Part shown: positions 12,440-21,449 of the stretch, in pieces | How the letters are laid out: every line of letters begins with the position of its first letter | How positions within the stretch are numbered: the stretch's first letter is position 1 | Assembly (NCBI GenBank): GCA_950097015.1 | Contig: CATNEN010000025.1 | Span: 124,001 to 188,000 of the forward strand | DNA length: 64,000 nucleotides | DNA from: Macrostomum hystrix | Taxonomy: Eukaryota > Animalia > Platyhelminthes | Direction of reading: 5' to 3' | Notes under the pieces: generated by a model | What the model was told of the DNA's origin: nothing | The model's database searches: none | What the model saw: only the letters and a program-made list of their open reading frames with translations | Translations under genes and position numbers: made by a program

Positions 12440-12865
12440 TCAGCACACAGTTCCAGCCAGGTAGTAGGCAGCCAGCAGTTTTGCCGGCACCAGCACGGGA
12501 CCGCAGACTTTCCTCACCAGGAAGCTCTCGGCCGCGCTGATAACCAATCTTTGCGGATCGGACACTCGACGCCGAAGGGTTGGCCATTTGGCCAGGGCGC
12601 GTCTAGCGGCGGCTGCGCCGCGATCGTGTGCCACTGTGGCCGAGGCCGGCAGCAGTGGAAGCAGCCGACGCGAGGTGAAGCGCAGGCGATAACAGAGTGC
12701 CCAGACGCCAATTAGTAGGCCGGCGCCAAGAGCCTCGTGGACAACAAGCGTGGTCAGAAGGCGCCGGCCCGAAAGGTCGACCTGGTGCCCAGTGAGTTCA
12801 GTCAGCCGGCGCTCCCAGTTGGCTCTGGTGCCAGTGCTGCCACTGTTGCTGGTGTCTTTAGTAGA
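12440..12865 (-). CDS. Small hydrophobic protein, DUF1279/FAM210/Mrx11-like (single coding exon seen; start unresolved)
   Basis: GC-rich open frame bounded by the acceptor CTAATCAG (12866) and TGA (12440). LLTTLVVHEALGAGLLIGVWALCY and AAESFLVRKVCGPVLVPAKLLAAYYL resemble the two conserved helices of DUF1279-type proteins. Family assignment is from recollection only. Confidence 0.55.
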   Translation of the reverse strand, partial: STKDTSNSGSTGTRANWERRLTELTGHQVDLSGRRLLTTLVVHEALGAGLLIGVWALCYRLRFTSRRLLPLLPASATVAHDRGAAAARRALAKWPTLRRRVSDPQRLVISAAESFLVRKVCGPVLVPAKLLAAYYLAGTVC

Positions 12866-14624
12866 CTGATTAGTATGCAAATATTGTGAAACTCTTCCAT
12901 TAGTAGTTACTCTTAGTAGTTAATGCACATATGAAATTATTAATATATTGATAACAAATATGAGGTTGCTTAGTGTCTCGAAATATGCGCCATTAGGCAT
13001 GACACTTAATTCCCTTATCTGCTTGGCAAAAATGGTACAAAAAACAGCAAATAGAAATTTTTAGGCAGCTAGGTGTGGCAGCCTCTTGACGCAATGGATA
13101 ATGGGGATCCTGTGTACCTGACCCAACTGAGCTATATGTGTATATAATATCTACTTAGCTAGCTATCTATATACAAATATGCATGTAGATTCACAGAAAA
13201 TGAAATAATTTTTTGCTTTTAAATTAAAAAAAACTATTTTAATGGTTCTAAATTGACAAGTAAAAATTTATTTAATGTTGGCTGGCAAACAGTCCTACAA
13301 GGCAGTATATGAGTTAGCAAGCTACTCTAACTCCATAGGTACACAATGCTATATAAAAAAATCATAAGAATGGTTGATTGATTGGAATAATTACTTCAAT
13401 TGGGTAAATCAATCAAAATGAAAAAAACATTGAACAATCTGAATATATAGTTAGTAACATTTACTCTAAAGTCCATATATTATATTATATTGTATTATAT
13501 AAATTATACATTATATTATAGGCAACGCTAACTTATAATCGGTTTTAAAAAAATATTAGCGACATTTCAGCTATTCATTAAGGATTTAAGTGGTTCACTT
13601 GCCTAATCAAACACCATTGTCATTGACTCATTGCTAGTAAGCTATAATAATAGCTAGCCTATGTAAATGATATACAGGCAATTAAAATATATGTTTTATA
13701 TCACATTATTGCAATATTTAATTTTAAAAAATGCTTTACCTCCACTCATATCCCCATATAAAAAAACATGAAAAAGTAGCATGTAATGTTATGGCTATTT
13801 AAAACTATTAAAAAACGAAAGTTTTTCTTTCCTAGTTAATGTAACCATTCTTGAAAACTGATGGAAAATTATAAATCAATAATATAATGCGCTGTTATAA
13901 GTAAAGAAATAAATAATCGGAAGTATTGGAAGTAAGTTACATTTGGTGACTATTTCCAAGAATGCGGCACGTCTCTCTTCTGTTTATATTGGTACGCTGC
14001 GGTAACTTTTCAAGTTTCGTTTTAACGGCTACAGTCTTATGCCAATGTCATAGGCAAGATCAATATTTGTAATTGAGGACTTCAGCTATCGTGATCAAAA
14101 ATAGAAAATTCTTAATGTAATTTAAACAGTGGGGATAAGGCACACATTACACGGCACAACAAAGGCCATCATGCAGCGAAAAGTATCTAATTCTGTTTAG
14201 CTTTTTAAGTACGCATGGATTTTTCTTTTACCCCTGCTGTGGTTGGTATAGAATAACGGATACAAAGCTTCAATTTAATGAAAAATAAAGCAGTTATTTT
14301 TCTTTCAATTTAATTTAGCGAAAAAGAGTGTGTCAGTTTCATCTAAAAGAGATTTAACTTCAACGACTATTATATATATATATATACTAGCTTTTTTTGC
14401 CCGTTGTTTTTGGGGCAGAAATTTAAAGCAAAGCAGTAAGCAATTCACGTCTCTGTATTAACTTTATAGTGAAGGTCACAATTTATTTATTTACTGCATT
14501 AATGAAAAGTGAAGAGTTTGTTTAAGGGCGTTTTAAGTAAAAATTAAGTGAAAAGTTTGTCCAAACAGCCCCCCTCTTGATTACTTCTTTAGAAACATGT
14601 CTCTTAGCCACTCCTCTATACAGT

Positions 14625-14887
14625 CAGTGGCAGATCCAGGAATTTTGTTTTGGGGCGGTCTGTCAGGGGAGCGCCATGAGAATCACAGAGGGGGTGCCAG
14701 CGGCCGAAAAAGGGCGCCAGGAGCCAAGAAAGGGCGCCAGCGGCTGAAAAACGGGAACCAGCGGCTGAAAAAGGGGCGCCAGTGCTGCGACTGGCGCCCC
14801 TGGTGGGGGCATGATTAAAATCATTCCCATGATTAAAATTTAGGGGGGCGACTGCCCCCCCGCCCCCCCCCCCTAAATCTGCCTCTG
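14625..14887. mobile_element. hAT-type MITE nested in Helitron copy 1
   Basis: Imperfect TIR CAG(T/A)GGCAGAT, exact 8-bp TSD TATACAGT (14617-14624 and 14888-14895), internal repeated GGGCGCCAG motifs. Confidence 0.85.
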
Positions 14888-15039
14888 TATACAGTATGCA
14901 TGTACACGCGTATACATAAGGAAAATAGCCATGGCATAACAATAACAATGTCAAAGAAACAAAATTAAACTGTTTCAGAGTTCAGAGTTAGACAGGTCAA
15001 GGTCAATTCGTGACTACTTTTCTATTAATTGCTTGCGAG

Positions 15040-15997
15040 TCACCTCAAGGCCTGGGGATACACCACATTCTTCGTTCTTCCCCTTGGTGCGAAAATGAAT
15101 AGGCCAGCTGGAGTTCCAACACGGGAGCAGGCGACATAAAGCTGCCCATGCGAGAAGCTAGGAGTCTCCAGGTTGATGCCAGCCACCTTCAGCGACTGTC
15201 CCTGAGCCTTGTTAATAGTCATCGCAAAGCACACTCTCACAGGGAACTGCAGTCGCTTGAACTGAAATGGCAGGTCCGTGGGGATAATTGGAATCCGGGG
15301 AACGAACACAGACTCTCCTCTGCCAGATCCAGTCATTATCGTGGCCTCATTCACGTGTGGGAAGAGCCGCCTGACTATCAGTCTGGTGCCGTTACACAGC
15401 CTTGGCGCATTCAGGTTGCGGAGGAGCATAATTTGGTGCCCCAACTTTCAGCTGCAAGTTGTGCGATGGAGTTCCAGGAGGATCTAGAGAGTTCAGAAAC
15501 TCAACAGGATACTCCACAGCGGTGTCATCAGTCAACGTTGTATCAATTGACTTGTAGGTGAAAACTGCACCTGGCAACTCCTGAAGCAGTTGGTAGTTAA
15601 TTTCGTTGGCGGCATCATTTCTAGGACACAGAATTGCCCTCTCTGACAGCCAGTCAACGTCAGCATATCGAACCATCAGGTTCGGGTAAACTTTTGCCTT
15701 GAGCTCCTGCACTGACTGCACAATGTTTCCGATGGTAGCGATCGATGACTGCCCATCCTCGGTGCTAATCTCCAGCAGACCATTGCCGATTCGCAATAGA
15801 TTGGCAGAGAACTCATGAGCTGTTTCGTCTCCTTGAATTGTAGCTCTCATGTTTGTTCGTAGGTGCAACTTCACAACCGATGGCCACAGGTGAGATGATT
15901 TTAGGCAAGCATTAATCTCATCAGCAGGAGTGCCACGCGGAATCACAGGCAGCGTCTGTCTAAAGTCTCCAGACAGCAGCAGAGTGACACCACCCAT
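15040..15997 (-). pseudogene. Helitron PIF1-family helicase C-terminal fragment, frameshifted
   Basis: GDFRQTLPV, LRTNMR, RAILCPRN, LQLKVGAP then a frameshift to IMLLRNLN..LCNGTRL, QFPVRVCFAMTINKAQGQSL, FSHGQLYVACSRV. No Rep domain and no Walker A. Confidence 0.92.
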
Positions 15998-16889
15998 CAG
16001 TTGATCGCCAGCCTCTCTCTTCTATCCCAGGCTGGCTGGAGAGAAATATCGACCGGAGAGCCCTGCGCACTGGGACGCCACCGCACTCAGTCTCAGTGCT
16101 GCTTGGGGGCCAGTAGACAGTCTAGGGGTTTGGGCTGTGTACATTCACGGCTTGAAATACAATGTACAGTCTGGGGCTTCGGCGCCCGGGGAAGGGAGGG
16201 GGTGGCTGTAATAAAATTTGGCCCGCAGAGTGGCGGAGGGGAGTTGGGGTGGCTGTCCTCGGAAAACAAAAAGTGACTCACTTTGAGATGATGCAGCTTT
16301 GCTCTGGATTGAGTAGAGATGTTCAAAATTGACAGCATTGTTGAAAAACATGTAAAGTGTAAGTGGATCAAATTTGGAGAAAATCTGACAAAGTGGGGCG
16401 ACGATATGTCGAATTGAGTGATTTTTTGACGATTTTTGAGCAGTTTTTTGCACTTTTGAGCAGGAAGGAAATGATTTTTCGGGAATTTGAGTAGCCTATT
16501 GCACTCAGCGTAGGTGGTTTTAGGTATGTGCAAAGTTTGGTGCGATTTGGTTGAGCGGTTTCTGCGTCTATAAAGACAAAAGGTTGCACACACACACACA
16601 CACACACACAGACAGACAGACAGACAGAGTTTTCACTTTTATATATATAGACTAGCTTTTTTTGCCCGTTGTTTTTGGGGCAGAAATTTAAAGCAAAGCA
16701 GTAAGCAATTCACGTCTCTGTATTAACTTTATAGTGAAGGTCACAATTTATTTATTTACTGCATTAATGAAAAGTGAAGAGTTTGTTTAAGGGCGTTTTA
16801 AGTAAAAATTAAGTGAAAAGTTTGTCCAAACAGCCCCCCTCTTGATTACTTCTTTAGAAAAATGTCTCTTAGCCACTCCTCTATACAGT

Positions 16890-17152
16890 CAGTGGCAGAT
16901 CCAGGAATTTTGTTTTGGGGCGGTCTGTCAGGGGAGCGCCATGAGAATCACAGAGGGGGTGCCAGCGGCCGAAAAAGGGCGCCAGGAGCCAAGAAAGGGC
17001 GCCAGCGGCTGAAAAACGGGAGCCAGCGGCTGAAAAAGGGGCGCCAGTGCTGCGACTGGCGCCCCTGGTGGGGGCATGATTAAAATCATTCCCATGATTA
17101 AAATTTAGGGGGGCGACTGCCCCCCCGCCCCCCCCCCCTAAATCTGCCTCTG
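16890..17152. mobile_element. hAT-type MITE nested in Helitron copy 2
   Basis: Same TIRs and the same TATACAGT TSD (16882-16889 and 17153-17160). Confidence 0.85.
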
Positions 17153-17304
17153 TATACAGTATGCATGTACACGCGTATACATAAGGAAAATAGCCATGGC
17201 ATAACAATAACAATGTCAAAGAAACAAAATTAAACTGTTTCAGAGTTCAGAGTTAGACAGGTCAAGGTCAATTCGTGACTACTTTTCTATTAATTGCTTG
17301 CGAG

Positions 17305-18262
17305 TCACCTCAAGGCCTGGGGATACACCACATTCTTCGTTCTTCCCCTTGGTGCGAAAATGAATAGGCCAGCTGGAGTTCCAACACGGGAGCAGGCGAC
17401 ATAAAGCTGCCCATGCGAGAAGCTAGGAGTCTCCAGGTTGATGCCAGCCACCTTCAGCGACTGTCCCTGAGCCTTGTTAATAGTCATCGCAAAGCACACT
17501 CTCACAGGGAACTGCAGTCGCTTGAACTGAAATGGCAGGTCCGTGGGGATAATTGGAATCCGGGGAACGAACACAGACTCTCCTCTGCCAGATCCAGTCA
17601 TTATCGTGGCCTCATTCACGTGTGGGAAGAGCCGCCTGACTATCAGTCTGGTGCCGTTACACAGCCTTGGCGCATTCAGGTTGCGGAGGAGCATAATTTG
17701 GTGCCCCAACTTTCAGCTGCAAGTTGTGCGATGGAGTTCCAGGAGGATCTAGAGAGTTCAGAAACTCAACAGGATACTCCACAGCGGTGTCATCAGTCAA
17801 CGTTGTATCAATTGACTTGTAGGTGAAAACTGCACCTGGCAACTCCTGAAGCAGTTGGTAGTTAATTTCGTTGGCGGCATCATTTCTAGGACACAGAATT
17901 GCCCTCTCTGACAGCCAGTCAACGTCAGCATATCGAACCATCAGGTTCGGGTAAACTTTTGCCTTGAGCTCCTGCACTGACTGCACAATGTTTCCGATGG
18001 TAGCGATCGATGACTGCCCATCCTCGGTGCTAATCTCCAGCAGACCATTGCCGATTCGCAATAGATTGGCAGAGAACTCATGAGCTGTTTCGTCTCCTTG
18101 AATTGTAGCTCTCATGTTTGTTCGTAGGTGCAACTTCACAACCGATGGCCACAGGTGAGATGATTTTAGGCAAGCATTAATCTCATCAGCAGGAGTGCCA
18201 CGCGGAATCACAGGCAGCGTCTGTCTAAAGTCTCCAGACAGCAGCAGAGTGACACCACCCAT
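17305..18262 (-). pseudogene. Helitron PIF1 helicase fragment, copy 2
   Basis: Translations are identical to copy 1 in the ORF track; same frameshift. Confidence 0.92.
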
Positions 18263-18851
18263 CAGTTGATCGCCAGCCTCTCTCTTCTATCCCAGGCTGG
18301 CTGGAGAGAAATATCGACCGGAGAGCCCTGCGCACTGGGACGCCACCGCACTCAGTCTCAGTGCTGCTTGGGGGCCAGTAGACAGTCTAGGGGTTTGGGC
18401 TGTGTACATTCACGGCTTGAAATACAATGTACAGTCTGGGGCTTCGGCGCCCGGGGAAGGGAGGGGGTGGCTGTAATAAAATTTGGCCCGCAGAGTGGCG
18501 GAGGGGAGTTGGGGTGGCTGTCCTCGGAAAACAAAAAGTGACTCACTTTGAGATGATGCAGCTTTGCTCTGGATTGAGTAGAGATGTTCAAAATTGACAG
18601 CATTGTTGAAAAACATGTAAAGTGTAAGTGGATCAAATTTGGAGAAAATCTGACAAAGTGGGGCGACGATATGTCGAATTGAGTGATTTTTTGACGATTT
18701 TTGAGCAGTTTTTTGCACTTTTGAGCAGGAAGGAAATGATTTTTCGGGAATTTGAGTAGCCTATTGCACTCAGCGTAGGTGGTTTTAGGTATGTGCAAAG
18801 TTTGGTGCGATTTGGTTGAGCGGTTTCTGCGTCTATAAAGACAAAAGGTTG

Positions 18852-18883
<32 letters not shown>

Positions 18884-19154
18884 GACAGACAGACAGAGTT
18901 TTCACTTTTATATATATAGATGATCCCTGCAATATTAGTGTTTTGGATATACACCGAAGCAGTCGCTTTGAATATTTATATATATAGATAATAGAATGCA
19001 TTTGAAAATAACAAACTAATAGATTTTGAGAACTGCACTGCAGCTGAGACGAATAATTGATACACATAGTTGAAATTTATTTCTGAAGAAGAAATAAAGC
19101 TCACACAAATGGGAATATCTATATATATAAAAGTGAAAACTCTGTCTGTCTGTC

Positions 19155-19186
<32 letters not shown>

Positions 19187-19775
19187 CAACCTTTTGTCTT
19201 TATAGACGCAGAAACCGCTCAACCAAATCGCACCAAACTTTGCACATACCTAAAACCACCTACGCTGAGTGCAATAGGCTACTCAAATTCCCGAAAAATC
19301 ATTTCCTTCCTGCTCAAAAGTGCAAAAAACTGCTCAAAAATCGTCAAAAAATCACTCAATTCGACATATCGTCGCCCCACTTTGTCAGATTTTCTCCAAA
19401 TTTGATCCACTTACACTTTACATGTTTTTCAACAATGCTGTCAATTTTGAACATCTCTACTCAATCCAGAGCAAAGCTGCATCATCTCAAAGTGAGTCAC
19501 TTTTTGTTTTCCGAGGACAGCCACCCCAACTCCCCTCCGCCACTCTGCGGGCCAAATTTTATTACAGCCACCCCCTCCCTTCCCCGGGCGCCGAAGCCCC
19601 AGACTGTACATTGTATTTCAAGCCGTGAATGTACACAGCCCAAACCCCTAGACTGTCTACTGGCCCCCAAGCAGCACTGAGACTGAGTGCGGTGGCGTCC
19701 CAGTGCGCAGGGCTCTCCGGTCGATATTTCTCTCCAGCCAGCCTGGGATAGAAGAGAGAGGCTGGCGATCAACTG

Positions 19776-20733
19776 ATGGGTGGTGTCACTCTGCTGCTGT
19801 CTGGAGACTTTAGACAGACGCTGCCTGTGATTCCGCGTGGCACTCCTGCTGATGAGATTAATGCTTGCCTAAAATCATCTCACCTGTGGCCATCGGTTGT
19901 GAAGTTGCACCTACGAACAAACATGAGAGCTACAATTCAAGGAGACGAAACAGCTCATGAGTTCTCTGCCAATCTATTGCGAATCGGCAATGGTCTGCTG
20001 GAGATTAGCACCGAGGATGGGCAGTCATCGATCGCTACCATCGGAAACATTGTGCAGTCAGTGCAGGAGCTCAAGGCAAAAGTTTACCCGAACCTGATGG
20101 TTCGATATGCTGACGTTGACTGGCTGTCAGAGAGGGCAATTCTGTGTCCTAGAAATGATGCCGCCAACGAAATTAACTACCAACTGCTTCAGGAGTTGCC
20201 AGGTGCAGTTTTCACCTACAAGTCAATTGATACAACGTTGACTGATGACACCGCTGTGGAGTATCCTGTTGAGTTTCTGAACTCTCTAGATCCTCCTGGA
20301 ACTCCATCGCACAACTTGCAGCTGAAAGTTGGGGCACCAAATTATGCTCCTCCGCAACCTGAATGCGCCAAGGCTGTGTAACGGCACCAGACTGATAGTC
20401 AGGCGGCTCTTCCCACACGTGAATGAGGCCACGATAATGACTGGATCTGGCAGAGGAGAGTCTGTGTTCGTTCCCCGGATTCCAATTATCCCCACGGACC
20501 TGCCATTTCAGTTCAAGCGACTGCAGTTCCCTGTGAGAGTGTGCTTTGCGATGACTATTAACAAGGCTCAGGGACAGTCGCTGAAGGTGGCTGGCATCAA
20601 CCTGGAGACTCCTAGCTTCTCGCATGGGCAGCTTTATGTCGCCTGCTCCCGTGTTGGAACTCCAGCTGGCCTATTCATTTTCGCACCAAGGGGAAGAACG
20701 AAGAATGTGGTGTATCCCCAGGCCTTGAGGTGA
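19776..20733 (+). pseudogene. Helitron PIF1 helicase fragment, copy 3
   Basis: Identical translation; frameshift near 20340 (GCACCAAATTATG where GCACCAATTATG would stay in frame). Confidence 0.92.
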
Positions 20734-20885
20734 CTCGCAAGCAATTAATAGAAAAGTAGTCACGAATTGACCTTGACCTGTCTAACTCTGAACTCTGAAA
20801 CAGTTTAATTTTGTTTCTTTGACATTGTTATTGTTATGCCATGGCTATTTTCCTTATGTATACGCGTGTACATGCATACTGTATA

Positions 20886-21147
20886 CAGAGGCAGATTTAG
20901 GGGGGGGGGCGGGGGGGCAGTCGCCCCCCTAAATTTTAATCATGGGAATGATTTTAATCATGCCCCCACCAGGGGCGCCAGTCGCAGCACTGGCGCCCCT
21001 TTTTCAGCCGCTGGTTCCCGTTTTTCAGCCGCTGGCGCCCTTTCTTGGCTCCTGGCGCCCTTTTTCGGCCGCTGGCACCCCCTCTGTGATTCTCATGGCG
21101 CTCCCCTGACAGACCGCCCCAAAACAAAATTCCTGGATCTGCCACTG
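20886..21147. mobile_element. hAT-type MITE nested in Helitron copy 3
   Basis: Inverted copy with TSD ACTGTATA (20878-20885 and 21148-21155). Confidence 0.85.
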
Positions 21148-21449
21148 ACTGTATAGAGGAGTGGCTAAGAGACATGTTTCTAAAGAAGTAATCAAGAGGG
21201 GGGCTGTTTGGACAAACTTTTCACTTAATTTTTACTTAAAACGCCCTTAAACAAACTCTTCACTTTTCATTAATGCAGTAAATAAATAAATTGTGACCTT
21301 CACTATAAAGTTAATACAGAGACGTGAATTGCTTACTGCTTTGCTTTAAATTTCTGCCCCAAAAACAACGGGCAAAAAAAGCTAGTAAAGATATATTTCA
21401 TAGATAAAACAAAAATGGCACTTTCTTAAACGTGGCATTGTCACGTACA

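Larger units (their letters stand above)
14387..16651 (-). mobile_element. Non-autonomous Helitron copy 1 (2265 bp)
   Basis: 5' TCTATATATATAAAAG...(TGTC)4(TG)12; 3' hairpin GCCC-CAAAAACAAC-GGGC then AAAAAAAG-CTAG followed by T; internal PIF1 helicase fragment. Confidence 0.92.
16652..18920 (-). mobile_element. Non-autonomous Helitron copy 2 (2269 bp), head-to-tail with copy 1
   Basis: Same termini; its 3' CTAG (16652-16655) abuts the 5' TC of copy 1 (16651-16650) with no spacer; the 5' TC at 18920 is preceded by A. Confidence 0.92.
19118..21385 (+). mobile_element. Non-autonomous Helitron copy 3 (2268 bp), inverted relative to copies 1-2
   Basis: A|TCTATATATATAAAAG at 19117/19118; 3' GCCC...GGGC hairpin and CTAG|T at 21382-21386. 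Confidence 0.92.

Noticed and set aside
14597-21175. Small ORFs repeated in the Helitron units (73, 91, 102, 112, 137, 170 aa) as captured host genes
   Set aside because: They overlap the MITE, the microsatellite-bearing 5' end or the antisense strand of PIF1, and show no recognisable domains.
16652-21385. Inverted Helitron pair as a pure fold-back sequencing chimera
   Set aside because: Not favoured: there is a unique 197-bp spacer, each arm has its own A|T target boundary, and arm-specific SNPs exist. Raw reads are still needed to exclude it fully.
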